From: Gammaproteobacteria bacterium
GTDB taxonomy: Bacteria > Pseudomonadota > Gammaproteobacteria > Eutrophobiales > Eutrophobiaceae
DNA: 64,000 bases
Direction of reading: 5' to 3'
Assembly (NCBI GenBank): GCA_965202685.1
Contig: OZ241853.1
Span: 133,333 to 197,332, forward strand
In this document: piece by piece, positions 11,367 through 21,276 of the stretch
Position numbering within the stretch: the first letter of the stretch is position 1
Layout of the letters: every line of letters starts with the position of its first letter
Made by a program: the position numbers and the translations under genes
Notes under the pieces: model-generated
The model's input: only the letters and a program-made list of their open reading frames with translations
What the model was told of the DNA's origin: nothing
The model's database searches: none

Positions 11367-13625
11367 TTAGGAAGCCCCGTCCTGGCGGCGTTCGAGGCCG
11401 CGGCGGTACGCGGCCGGGGTTTCCGCCCGCCGGTATTTTTCGACGGCGATGGGGCGCTTCAGAAAGACAGGGCGTGGGGAAGCCGGCGGCGCGGCGTCCT
11501 CGGCGGGGTAGCAACCCAGGCTCTGCTTGGCGGGATCCAGGCTGGAACGGCGGGAGAACTGGCGCTTGTTGGTCTTGCGCGCGCGAATGACCCGGCCCGC
11601 CGCGTCTGAATCCAGGTCCCACCACCATTTTTTCACGGGGTTGATCAAGCCGTTGCCCACCTTGTCGTCCAGCTTGGCGAGCCACCTGCGGGTGAAGGGC
11701 AGGTTCATGGCGGCCCAGAGAAAGGGCCGCTCCGCCAGCACCCCCTCGATATTCCAGGGGCAGGTCTTCATGCAGCGCCCGCACATGGAGCCGGCGGCGT
11801 TGACAATGCGGTAACGGGCGCATTTCTCCACATCCGGCTTCCACATCTCATAGCCGTTAAACATGATCTTGCCGCCGTAGGGTATGGCTTGGCACGGACA
11901 TTCACGGGCGCACTTGTTGCACTTTTCGCAAAAGTCCTGCAAGCCGAAATCGATGGGCTGGTCCGGCAACAACGGCAAATCCGTGGTGATGACGCCGGAC
12001 TTGAAGCGGGGCCCCACAAAGGGGTTCAGAACCAGTTCGCCGATGCGGCTCAACTCCCCTAGGCCGGCCTCCATGATGATGGGTATGTGCAGGACATCCT
12101 GATCCATGACGCTGTGGCCCCGGGCCGGATAGCCCAGGGAACGGATGTGGCTGCCGACTATGCCGCTGATGAGCTGGGCCCGCAGGTAGGCCCTCATGCT
12201 TTGCGCGCCGCTGATCCAGTCATCGCCGCTGGCCCCTTCCATGGTCTCGTAGCCCTGGTCGATCAGGATGGCGATGCCGTATTTGTGGTAGGGCTTGAGC
12301 TCCGAGCCATCGAGGTCATGGGAATACCAGGCGTACTCCGGCAATTCGCAGATGCCCACCAGGTCGGCGCCCAGGTAGTAAAGAGCGGCCTTGACCGCGG
12401 CGGTGTTGCGCTTGGCATCGCCGGCGTTAGGGGCCTTTTGCCCGGCCTCCTTGCCGTATTGCAACGGCACCATGGCGCCCAAGGGCGGCACCATGGCGTG
12501 GCCGTAGGGAGACTTGGCGATCATGCGAAAGTCGGTCAATTCCCGCTGAGCCTTCTCGCCAAGATCCCCCAGGGCGGCCCGGATGAACATGTCGTGGCGT
12601 TTGGGGATCCGCGGCACTTTGGGCTTGTCGATGATGGTCGTGGGGGTCGGCCGGGTCTTGAGTTTCTCCATGGGATAAGGCCCCAGGCGATAGGGCCGGT
12701 TTTTGAACAGCTGACCCTTGCAACCGGGGCGGGCGCCCCCCAGGCCCAGCCACCAGCCTGGCCCATGGGATTTCAGGGTCTCCCAGGCCCCTCTCCGGGC
12801 CAGGGGCCGGTCCGCCGCCATGGCCATGGTCGTGGAGACCGCCGCCACGCCGAATCGATCCCCCAGGTAGGGATTGATCACCGGCGCGCCGCATTCTCCA
12901 TTGAGCTCCCCCAAGCCGCTGCAAAGCAACAGGCAGTCCAGGTCCAACTCGGCGGCCGTGGCGGTGTGCAGGGTCGCTTCAAACCCCAACATGCGCAGGT
13001 AATTCGTCATGACGACGGCGGCCTCCGCCACCCTCGCGGCGGCCCGCAGGGGCTGGGCCCCCGCCAGCCAGTCTTCGCCAGCCTGGGCCGGATCCGGCTC
13101 CCTGGGCCACTCCGCCAACAACACCAGGGCATGGGTGTGATTGAAACCCGCGCCAGGGGCCTGCCGGGCCCGCCCCCAGGCCTCCCGTCCCTCCTTGACG
13201 CTGCTGGCCGCCATCGCATTGGCGGCGGAACCGGCTAGGTACGCCTTCTCCTCGCCCTGGGCCAGGGCCTCGTTGACCACCGGCTCCTCCAACAGGGCCT
13301 GGGGGGGAATGACGCAAACGCCCGCCATGCTGACATCCAGGTTGTAGCAGGCGGCTTTCAGGTGATTGGCCCGTTCCACCAGATCTGAGGGGATGGGCGC
13401 CTGTTCCGGGGCCGGCGCGCCCAAACGCATCCGGTCGAACAGATCTAAATACTCGCTGAAGGCGCCGGCCAAGGGCGCCGCCTGCCGCGCCGCCGCCAGA
13501 GCCTGAACCCGGCCTTTGCCGCCGCCAGGGTGCCGAACTTCTCCCTCCCGCCGCGCCAACCGCTCCAAAGGGAAGGGCCCCAGGCTCGGCGGTCGGCGTT
13601 TATGGGAGAAGGGCCGCCAAAACAT
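11367..13625 (-). CDS. reductive-dehalogenase-like protein with tandem RdhA-like repeats and 2x[4Fe-4S]
   Basis: ORF 11367..13724. The start is probably MFWRPF at about 13625, which avoids overlap with the upstream gene. It has two xDLVxx(C/V) RdhA-like motifs (SDLVERANHL..., GADLVGICELPEYAW). The C-terminus has CEKCNKCARECPC and CGRCMKTCPW ferredoxin motifs. No Tat signal. Family assignment is tentative. Confidence 0.4.
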   Translation of the reverse strand: MFWRPFSHKRRPPSLGPFPLERLARREGEVRHPGGGKGRVQALAAARQAAPLAGAFSEYLDLFDRMRLGAPAPEQAPIPSDLVERANHLKAACYNLDVSMAGVCVIPPQALLEEPVVNEALAQGEEKAYLAGSAANAMAASSVKEGREAWGRARQAPGAGFNHTHALVLLAEWPREPDPAQAGEDWLAGAQPLRAAARVAEAAVVMTNYLRMLGFEATLHTATAAELDLDCLLLCSGLGELNGECGAPVINPYLGDRFGVAAVSTTMAMAADRPLARRGAWETLKSHGPGWWLGLGGARPGCKGQLFKNRPYRLGPYPMEKLKTRPTPTTIIDKPKVPRIPKRHDMFIRAALGDLGEKAQRELTDFRMIAKSPYGHAMVPPLGAMVPLQYGKEAGQKAPNAGDAKRNTAAVKAALYYLGADLVGICELPEYAWYSHDLDGSELKPYHKYGIAILIDQGYETMEGASGDDWISGAQSMRAYLRAQLISGIVGSHIRSLGYPARGHSVMDQDVLHIPIIMEAGLGELSRIGELVLNPFVGPRFKSGVITTDLPLLPDQPIDFGLQDFCEKCNKCARECPCQAIPYGGKIMFNGYEMWKPDVEKCARYRIVNAAGSMCGRCMKTCPWNIEGVLAERPFLWAAMNLPFTRRWLAKLDDKVGNGLINPVKKWWWDLDSDAAGRVIRARKTNKRQFSRRSSLDPAKQSLGCYPAEDAAPPASPRPVFLKRPIAVEKYRRAETPAAYRRGLERRQDGAS

Positions 13626-13635
13626 CAAACAATCA

Positions 13636-14229
13636 TCAGGCCCTTGCCAGTCCCGCTTCCTGCAGGTGTTCGCGCGCGAAATCGATGCGGTCGTTGCCCC
13701 AGAAGATCTGCTCGCCGATGACAAAAGTCGGCACGCCGATGACCCCCAGGGCCTGGGCCTCGCGCCAGTTGTCTTCCAGGGCCTGGCGCCGGGCCGGGTC
13801 TTCCAGGGCCGCCATGACTTCCGCGGCGGCCAAACCCGCCCGAGCCGCCGCCGCGCACAGGATGTCCGGCTGGCCGATGTCCTGCCCCTGGCCCCATTCG
13901 GCGTGGGTCGTCTCTAACACATAATCCCGCAAGCAACCTTTCTCTTCCGCCAACAGGGAAACGACGCCCGCCGGCGTCGGGTCTGTGGTGATAGGAGGCG
14001 GGATGCAGGGGATGTTCATGCGCCGGGCCCAGCGGGCCACATCCTGCCGGGTGAGAGGCACCTTGACCTTGGCCCGCTCCGGGGGGGAGCGGCCATCCCA
14101 GCCGCCCAAGGGGCGCCAGAGGAGCTCAACCCGATAATCATCCACCAGGCTGAACAGGGTCTTGCTGGCCAAATAGCAATAGGGGCTGCGAAAATTGAAA
14201 AACAACTTCAGCGCAACGCTTTGCGCCAT
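13636..14229 (-). CDS. 2-hydroxychromene-2-carboxylate isomerase-like DsbA-family protein
   Basis: 197-aa ORF with N-terminal FNFRSPYCY (thioredoxin-like CxxC-derived motif) and C-terminal GVIGVPTFVIGEQIFWG. Confidence 0.65.
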   Translation of the reverse strand: MAQSVALKLFFNFRSPYCYLASKTLFSLVDDYRVELLWRPLGGWDGRSPPERAKVKVPLTRQDVARWARRMNIPCIPPPITTDPTPAGVVSLLAEEKGCLRDYVLETTHAEWGQGQDIGQPDILCAAAARAGLAAAEVMAALEDPARRQALEDNWREAQALGVIGVPTFVIGEQIFWGNDRIDFAREHLQEAGLARA

Positions 14230-14268
14230 AGCCCCGCCCTCGCCTGAGCGCCCCCGATGCGCCGCTCC

Positions 14269-15576
14269 TTACCGCCCGCTCTTGCGCAGGTTCTGCACGG
14301 TGAACATCTGCGGCGGGTTCAGCTCGGGATCCAGCTGGCCCTTGAACTGGCCGGTGGTGCAATGCTTCGCCTGCACATCGTACACCATGAAGCAATCGTC
14401 TATGGAAACGCCGGTGCCTTTGTTCTTGGGCATGTGCTTGTCCGGGTAGGCCTGGCAGATCGTAAAGGACTTCCACAGATCGCCCTTGCGGTCGAACATG
14501 GCCTGACGCGGGATCGTCGCGGTCTGGGCGTCCAAATACATGACGCGCCGGCTCAGCGGATGGTTGGGATCCTTGGGCGTGCCGCGCAATTCGTGGATCT
14601 TGCGCAATTCCCAAGTGGTCTTGGGGTAACAGCCTTCCACATCGACAAACTGATAGCCATCCGGTTCCGGCGGCATGTCCGTGGCCAATTCCAGCTCGTT
14701 GTGATTATGGAACGGCAACAGGGCGTTCTTGGTCCCGACGAATTGCCAGTCGTAGTCCGACACCCGGTTGTTGTAGCCCTCGAAGTCCTCGATCATGATG
14801 TCAGTCCCCAGAAAGGCGTCGGTGGTCTGCCCGGTGGCCAGCCGGCGGACGCGCCGCTGAAAACCTAAATACAGCCAGGCGTCGTCGCGCTTCAGGTCGT
14901 TCTTGTACCTGTGGATCAGCACTTGCGTATTGGCGATATCGAAGGGTTCCATCGCCCTGACATAGATGGAGCGGAACAGCTGGGCGGGGTTGTCCTCAAA
15001 CTCCGGGAGCGGGGCCTGGTTGACCCGGTGCTTCCAGTTCAGGAAGTGGAAGCTCCATTTGATGGTGCGCTCCAGCTTGCCGGACTTGGCGTTCCTGAAC
15101 TTCCAGTAGAAGGGGGAAATGGCCGCGTTGTCGCCCCAGTTGTAGCCATACTGGTAGTTCCACGCCAATTTCAGGCCCGCCTGGGGGTCGTTGACATCCG
15201 GCTCCGCAGGAAAAGCCCGTCCGGCGACGAAATTGTCCACCAGGCCCTCCGCGTTCAGGCGCGGGGGGGTTTGCACCGCTTCCATGGTGGCCTTGATGTA
15301 GTTGGGGTGCAACTCCAGGGATTCCGTGACCTTGGTTTGCAAGCGGGTTTCCCCGCTTTGGACATGGTCATACAGGGCCGGATCCAGGATGTCCTTGAAC
15401 TGCTCCACATTGTTCTGCTCGATCACCATGCCAGGCGTGTAGCCAGGAAACGACGGCGTCCAGCTCTCGTAGGGGTAAAAGGAGTTTCTCACATCTTCTT
15501 CGGTGAACTCGGCGGCGGCCTCCAGGCTCAGGGCCAGCAGGGATGCAATGCCGAGACATTTCAAACAAGTTTTCAT
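14269..15576 (-). CDS. DUF1329 family protein (LolA-like fold)
   Basis: 435-aa ORF with signal peptide. Characteristic pairing with the downstream-adjacent DUF1302 gene. Confidence 0.7.
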   Translation of the reverse strand: MKTCLKCLGIASLLALSLEAAAEFTEEDVRNSFYPYESWTPSFPGYTPGMVIEQNNVEQFKDILDPALYDHVQSGETRLQTKVTESLELHPNYIKATMEAVQTPPRLNAEGLVDNFVAGRAFPAEPDVNDPQAGLKLAWNYQYGYNWGDNAAISPFYWKFRNAKSGKLERTIKWSFHFLNWKHRVNQAPLPEFEDNPAQLFRSIYVRAMEPFDIANTQVLIHRYKNDLKRDDAWLYLGFQRRVRRLATGQTTDAFLGTDIMIEDFEGYNNRVSDYDWQFVGTKNALLPFHNHNELELATDMPPEPDGYQFVDVEGCYPKTTWELRKIHELRGTPKDPNHPLSRRVMYLDAQTATIPRQAMFDRKGDLWKSFTICQAYPDKHMPKNKGTGVSIDDCFMVYDVQAKHCTTGQFKGQLDPELNPPQMFTVQNLRKSGR

Positions 15577-15602
15577 TTTTCAAGCCTCCGTCTCATGTTT
15601 TT

Positions 15603-17795
15603 TCAGAAGCGATAGCGGATCAGGATCTGGAACTCGTCCTCGTGTTGCGCCATGCCTATGGGGCCGGAACGGAAGCGCCCCAAAGGCTCAAACCCCCGGC
15701 GTATTCCCAGGCTGGCGAACTCGCCGCCGCCGGGCGTGCAGACAGGCGGCGAGGCCCCCGGCGCCGGGCAGGTGCCGGGGGGCAAGGTGAACGGCGGGAA
15801 CACATTGGCGGTGCGCCCGTCGTCGGCCATTTGCGGGCCCCGGCCCAGCTTGATGTTGGCGCCGAAGATCAGGCGCAGGTTGTCGCTGATGAGATAGTCC
15901 AGCCCCGGCGCCAACACGGCCGCCTTGGCCCGGAAGTCATACGCCGTGATCACCCGCGGCAGGATGCGGTCGTTGGCGTAGAAGCCTTGAAACAGGAAGG
16001 TGCCGATGAAGCTGTTTTGCCGATCCTGAAAGCCGATCAGGCCCTTGCGGGCCTCCTCGTCCGGGGGCAGCGGCGCTGGGGAGAGAAACCGCTCATGGTC
16101 CAGGAGATGCTGACCGAAGATCTGCCCGGACAACAAAAAGGTCCGGTTCGGATTCAACCAGCGAATATAGGTCTGCCGGTCCCAGCCCACCACCCAGCGA
16201 ACCACATCGGATCCGGAAAACATGCGGGATTTTGAAGTGTCGGCAAACTCCTCGCCGCTGGTGTGGGCGACCTCCACCCGAAAGGCGGACTTGAGGGGGT
16301 CAATGTAGAAGTCCGCCGATCCCCCCACCAGAAACACCCGCGGAAAATGGATGTCAAAAGCAGGCACATAGGGCCTGACGCGCTCCGTCCCGAACCGGTC
16401 CGTCGGGTCAAAGGGGTTGAAGCCGTAGGCGGGGCACGGCGCAAAGGCCGGGCTCCACACTGGCGTCCCCGGCGGCGCGGCGGGCGGACAGCCCTCGGGC
16501 GGAATGGTCTGGCCCAGGAAGGGGTTGGCGCCCTCAAAGCCGCCCCTCAAGGCGGGCAACTGCGAGTAGAAGGACAGGACATTCAGCGAGAAGCCAACCC
16601 CTCTAAACACCCCTTCCAGCCGAGCGCCGCCCTGGTCCAGGTCCCAGTCCGGCAGGTGGATGTCCCGGATGCCGATGACATGGGGCGGGAAGTCCGTCGC
16701 CAAATTGCCGTCCGGCGCCAGTCCGCTGGCGAAATTGTTGACCGTGCAACCCAGGTCCCAGCAGTTTTTCAAGGCCCGGAACAAATCGCCCGCCAACAGG
16801 ATGTTGTACGGCTGGCCCCCCTGCCCTAAAACATGGGGGCGGAATTTTTCGAAGTTCCACACAACCTGGAAATTCAGATCGTCGAAAGCGCCAACGGCGC
16901 CGGCCCGGTACTCGGCGGAGAACAGGCCCACCGGAATGCGGCTGTCTTCAAACTCCTCGTAGATGCTTTGTATGGAAAAATCGATGGGGTTGACCTGATC
17001 CAGCACTCGAAACAGGTCGGTCCGGCCCCAGACCACCTGTTGGCGCCCAACCCGGAAGTTGATCTCGTCGCCCTTGCCCACCGGCACGGTGGCGTCCACA
17101 TAGAGCTCCCGCAACCAGCCGTGCCGGTCGGTGAACTCAGGGAAGCGCAGGTCGTCGGCGTCCGCGTCCATGTAACCGGGTATGCAACCGCGGGGGTCAA
17201 CATCGCAGGGGCGCGTGGGCGTGAACAACTCCAGGCCGCCGCCGAACCCGCCATCGTTATTGGTGGACGCCAACTCGCCCCCCACTTTTTTCAGGCCCTC
17301 GTTGGGATTGGCGGTCAAATCGAAGCCGAAGCCGCCCCCGCCAGGCAGGGCCGGCACCCCGACGCTCACCGGCGAATTGCCCCAGGGCCGTTCGCCGGCT
17401 GGCACCGCGTTGATGATCTGGGGAGCGCCGTCGCCCACGCCTATGGGCAGATACACCCCAGAGCCGGAACTGGTGGCGGAAACCGGCCCTCCGGAGCGGT
17501 CGCCGAACTCATCGTCGTTCAGATCATAGACCCCGTCGTAAGAGGCCCTGAGGGTGCCGTGAAAAGAGAGTTCCGAGAACATGCCTGTGGGCTTGAACAC
17601 CTTGGACCACTCAATTTGGCCGCGCACCCGCTCTTTGGTGACGCCGTACCCGTCCCGGTGGTGGTAAGTGTTATCGAGAAACCCGTGGACTTCCCAGGTG
17701 CCATCCCGGGAGTTCCACGCCGAAGTCTGCATGGGCGACAAGGCGGTCGCGAAAACGCCTGCAAACAAAATGACATTGAAGCCGCGAATGTTCAT
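15603..17795 (-). CDS. DUF1302 family outer-membrane protein
   Basis: ORF 15603..17879. The likely start is MNIRGFNVILFAG (17795) with GGGGAGA 8 nt upstream. Has a signal peptide and ends with an aromatic C-terminus (...IRYRF) typical of beta-barrel OMPs. Confidence 0.7.
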   Translation of the reverse strand: MNIRGFNVILFAGVFATALSPMQTSAWNSRDGTWEVHGFLDNTYHHRDGYGVTKERVRGQIEWSKVFKPTGMFSELSFHGTLRASYDGVYDLNDDEFGDRSGGPVSATSSGSGVYLPIGVGDGAPQIINAVPAGERPWGNSPVSVGVPALPGGGGFGFDLTANPNEGLKKVGGELASTNNDGGFGGGLELFTPTRPCDVDPRGCIPGYMDADADDLRFPEFTDRHGWLRELYVDATVPVGKGDEINFRVGRQQVVWGRTDLFRVLDQVNPIDFSIQSIYEEFEDSRIPVGLFSAEYRAGAVGAFDDLNFQVVWNFEKFRPHVLGQGGQPYNILLAGDLFRALKNCWDLGCTVNNFASGLAPDGNLATDFPPHVIGIRDIHLPDWDLDQGGARLEGVFRGVGFSLNVLSFYSQLPALRGGFEGANPFLGQTIPPEGCPPAAPPGTPVWSPAFAPCPAYGFNPFDPTDRFGTERVRPYVPAFDIHFPRVFLVGGSADFYIDPLKSAFRVEVAHTSGEEFADTSKSRMFSGSDVVRWVVGWDRQTYIRWLNPNRTFLLSGQIFGQHLLDHERFLSPAPLPPDEEARKGLIGFQDRQNSFIGTFLFQGFYANDRILPRVITAYDFRAKAAVLAPGLDYLISDNLRLIFGANIKLGRGPQMADDGRTANVFPPFTLPPGTCPAPGASPPVCTPGGGEFASLGIRRGFEPLGRFRSGPIGMAQHEDEFQILIRYRF

Positions 17796-17879
17796 ACGAG
17801 TTGTCTCCCCTGTGATGATGTGTTGTCGCTGAAAATATCGATATTTCTGCTTTATATAGATTTTTTGACCGCGCCGCAA

Positions 17880-20282
17880 CTACTTTTTGTCATCCAGTTC
17901 CTCGATGGTGGAGCCAACGCCTTCCTCCCAGCGCTCTCGCGCCGCGTCCATGATGAATTTCGGCTTGAAAATGTTGACCCAGGCCGGCACCAGAAACATG
18001 GCGGACGCCATGTTCATCACCAACATGATGATCAACAGGCGCGCGGCGTCCGCCTGAAAGCGCAATTCGGAGATGAACACCCACATGATGATGCCCCCCA
18101 CCAGGGTGGTGGCGGTGAGGGCGATGGCGACGCCGGTGGTGCTGACCGCCCGCCGGATGGCGTCCTGCACATCCTTAGCCACATGCATCTCCTCCTTGAT
18201 CCGGTCCATCATGTAGATGGCGTAATCCACGCCCAACCCTATGCCCACCGCGATCATCGGCACGGTGTTGACATTCAACCCCATTTTCAGCAACCCCATG
18301 CAGGCGTAGGTCAAGGTGGTGGCGAAACTCATGGAAACCAACATCATAAAACCCGAATGAAACGAGCCGTAAAACCACAGGGTGAAACCCAGAATGAGCG
18401 CCAACACCGCTGGCACCACGATGACATTGGTCTCGAAGGCCTCCTCGTTGATGGCGGCGGTCACGCCCACAGGGCCGCCGGCCAAGTCTATGTGCAGGCC
18501 CTGCACCTGCTGGCCGGTGGTCGCTATCCACTCCTTGGCCATGTGTATGGCCCGGCGTATGGTCTCGCCCGTGTGGTCCTTGTAGTAGAAGACCATGTTG
18601 GCCAGGCGGTCGTCGGTGTCTATGTATTCCAGCAGGGCCCCCTGGGTCGGCGCCGACATCATGAACATGAACAACAAGCCGCCGATGTTCCGCTCTATGG
18701 TGGGAACGACGGCCCAGCGCGGGTCGTTGTTGCGAGTCATTTGGTTCACCTGCGTCAACAGGTTGTTCACCCCCTTCACCCCGCCCAGCTTGGGGTCTAA
18801 CATCATGTGGTTCTGAAAGTCCGCCAGGGCCTTGATGATCTCTGGCTTCTTCAGGCCGCCGGCTTCATCGGCGCGGGCGATGATGAACAGCTCCTCCGCG
18901 CCGGGAAAGCGGTCGTTGATCGCCGTTGAAGAGACATTGAAATCATGCGAGCGGTAGAGCAACGGCGAACCCGGCTCCGGCTCGCCGATCTGCACCCAGG
19001 AAGTGAAATAGGTGGCGCAACAGGCGATGATCAGGCAGGTGATCAACACGGCGCGGGAGCGCCGGGGCGTGCCAACCACCTGCGCGAAGCGCGGGAAAAT
19101 GGCGCGGGCGAGGGTGTGTTTGACCGCCACCTCTCGGGGGCGGGGCAGTTCCGCCAACAGCATGGGGATCACGATCAGCACCGTAACCACCATGCACACC
19201 GCCCAGAAGGAGGCGTAGATCGCCATTTTGTCGTTGATGGGCACCGACCCCAGGCCGATGAGATACAGGGCCGAGGCGTCCGCTACGATGGCCAAAGCGC
19301 CGGGGCGAAACAGGGCGTTGAAGGTGTTGCGGGCGGCGGACACCTTCTCGCCGGTGCGGGAGAGCTCCAGGAAATACCGCTCCAGCTTCTGGATGCCGTG
19401 GGACATGGCCCGGGCCGAGATGAGGAAGGGCACCACCAACATCAGGGGATCCAGGTTGTAACCGAACACGCCCATGAAGCCCACCCCCCAGATGCTGGTG
19501 AGGATCATGCCCAACAGCGGCAACAGGATGCCGTAGAGGCGGCGGGTGTAGACGATCAGAATGGCCAACACGATCAGGATGGTGTAAAAAAAGATGAGCA
19601 GGATGTCGCCGCTGTAGGAATCCACCCAGCCCACCAACACCGGGTGGCCAGTGGCGTGAATTTTCACCCCGGGGGCGGCCTCCTCGGCCCGGATGGCCTG
19701 CAATTCCTCGAACACCTTGCCGTAATCCAGCTGGCCCTCGTTGAGGGTCCCCTTGATCAGGGCCGCCTTCAGGTCCGGCGACACCAGCAAACCATAGACA
19801 TTGGCGCTGGCCAGCACATCCCGCTGGATCCGGGCCAGCTGTTCCTCCGTGTACTCGTCATGGTGCGGGTCGTAGTAGTTTTGCGAGCGTATGGTGCCGT
19901 CCGGCGTCAGGAAGATCTTGCGAATGTTGCGGTGGGTCAGACTGCTCACCAGGTTGTGGTTGATATTGGACACGCTATCCAGCTTTTGGGTGATGCGATG
20001 AATGCGATCCAGAGAATCATTGGTGAAGATGGTGCCTTCCTCCACTTCCATGGCCATGACGATGATGTTGGCTCCGCCGAAAGTGTCCCGGATGCTGTTG
20101 TGCAACTGAATGTAGGGGTGTTCCTGGGGCAGCAGGTCAGCGAAATCCGACAACATGCGCACCGCGGGGATGTGCCAGGCGAAATACGCGGTGACCAGAA
20201 AAATGCCCCCTAAGACGACCTTCCTGTTGTTGAACAGGAAGTTGCCAAAGCGCGGAAAAATCTGACTGGCGTCCATTGTCAT
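17880..20282 (-). CDS. RND/MMPL-family membrane transporter
   Basis: ORF 17880..20495. The likely start is MTMDASQ (20282). Two 6-TM bundles plus large periplasmic loops (SSD/RND architecture). Part of the DUF1302/DUF1329/RND/BNR cluster. Confidence 0.7.
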   Translation of the reverse strand: MTMDASQIFPRFGNFLFNNRKVVLGGIFLVTAYFAWHIPAVRMLSDFADLLPQEHPYIQLHNSIRDTFGGANIIVMAMEVEEGTIFTNDSLDRIHRITQKLDSVSNINHNLVSSLTHRNIRKIFLTPDGTIRSQNYYDPHHDEYTEEQLARIQRDVLASANVYGLLVSPDLKAALIKGTLNEGQLDYGKVFEELQAIRAEEAAPGVKIHATGHPVLVGWVDSYSGDILLIFFYTILIVLAILIVYTRRLYGILLPLLGMILTSIWGVGFMGVFGYNLDPLMLVVPFLISARAMSHGIQKLERYFLELSRTGEKVSAARNTFNALFRPGALAIVADASALYLIGLGSVPINDKMAIYASFWAVCMVVTVLIVIPMLLAELPRPREVAVKHTLARAIFPRFAQVVGTPRRSRAVLITCLIIACCATYFTSWVQIGEPEPGSPLLYRSHDFNVSSTAINDRFPGAEELFIIARADEAGGLKKPEIIKALADFQNHMMLDPKLGGVKGVNNLLTQVNQMTRNNDPRWAVVPTIERNIGGLLFMFMMSAPTQGALLEYIDTDDRLANMVFYYKDHTGETIRRAIHMAKEWIATTGQQVQGLHIDLAGGPVGVTAAINEEAFETNVIVVPAVLALILGFTLWFYGSFHSGFMMLVSMSFATTLTYACMGLLKMGLNVNTVPMIAVGIGLGVDYAIYMMDRIKEEMHVAKDVQDAIRRAVSTTGVAIALTATTLVGGIIMWVFISELRFQADAARLLIIMLVMNMASAMFLVPAWVNIFKPKFIMDAARERWEEGVGSTIEELDDKK

Positions 20283-20298
20283 CGCCTCCGGCGCGCCT

Positions 20299-21276
20299 TC
20301 ACGCCGCTTCGTCCAACAGGGCCCGGACAGCGAAGACATGCAACGCGCCGGAGGGGCCGCTGACCACCAGCTTGTCGTCAGCGATGGGATGCATGCCCCG
20401 CAGGTGCTGGCGGAAAGGCTGGCCGTGGTCCACCGGCGTCCAGCCGCCGCCCTCGAGGCGGAACAGGCTGCCCTCGCCGCCGCTGACGAACACATGGCCG
20501 CCGGCCTGCGTCACTGTGTAGAGCGTCGCCAAGGTGCCAGCGCTTTGGGTCTGCCAACTGAGGCCGCCATCCCGGGTCGCCAGGACGACCCCGCCCAAGC
20601 CGGCGATCCAACCCCGTTGCGGATTTTCAAAGTGCATGCCCTGTGGATAGAACTCCCCAGGCATGGGAGGCATGGCGGTCCAGCTGGCGCCGCCGTCGGC
20701 GGTTTTAAGAAACTCGCCGAATTCCCCGACGATGTAGGCGGTCTGCCCGTCGAAGAACTGAATGTCCGTGTAGATGACATCCTCGTCCCGGGAGGAGGCG
20801 GTCCAGCTGGCGCCCCGGTCCCGGCTGACGGAGATGGTGGAGAAGCTGCCGACCACCCACAGGTTGCCAGCGGGGTCGCAACTGATGGCCTGGGGCGCTT
20901 CATCCGTGCTGAGGCGGCTGGGCCGCCAACTGGCGCCGCCATCTGAGGACAGCCAGACCTCGCCCTCGAAGGCCAAGGCGGCGAACAAGCCGTCGGCGCA
21001 ACTGGCGACATCCAAAAAAGAGGGCCAGGAGTCAAATTCATGGCGGCGCCAGCTGGCGCCGCTGTCAGGGGAAACGACGATAACGCCCCCCGTCCCCGCC
21101 GCCACGATGGTCTGCTGGAAGGCGGCCACCGCCTGCAAGTTGTCGGTCCTGCGCACCGGCGCTTGCGCCGCTTGCTCCACCGCGTCCAAGACCAACGGCG
21201 CCTCGCAACCCGCCAGTCCCGCGATGGCGCCCCACAGGACCGCCATCCGCGCCGCGCCCAAGGGAAACCCGCTCAC
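20299..21276 (-). CDS. BNR/Ycf48-like beta-propeller lipoprotein
   Basis: Lipobox LAGC at the N-terminus. Repeated S.D.G.SW / DGGASW (BNR-like) motifs about 40 aa apart. Confidence 0.6.
   Translation of the reverse strand: MSGFPLGAARMAVLWGAIAGLAGCEAPLVLDAVEQAAQAPVRRTDNLQAVAAFQQTIVAAGTGGVIVVSPDSGASWRRHEFDSWPSFLDVASCADGLFAALAFEGEVWLSSDGGASWRPSRLSTDEAPQAISCDPAGNLWVVGSFSTISVSRDRGASWTASSRDEDVIYTDIQFFDGQTAYIVGEFGEFLKTADGGASWTAMPPMPGEFYPQGMHFENPQRGWIAGLGGVVLATRDGGLSWQTQSAGTLATLYTVTQAGGHVFVSGGEGSLFRLEGGGWTPVDHGQPFRQHLRGMHPIADDKLVVSGPSGALHVFAVRALLDEAA

Noticed and set aside
12087-13238. 383-aa + ORF
   Set aside because: Antisense shadow of the RdhA-like gene.
14911-20213. Long + strand ORFs 14911..15615, 15543..16235, 16833..18800 and 18945..20213
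   Set aside because: Antisense shadows of the DUF1329, DUF1302 and RND genes. Low-complexity R/G/H/Q-rich translations.
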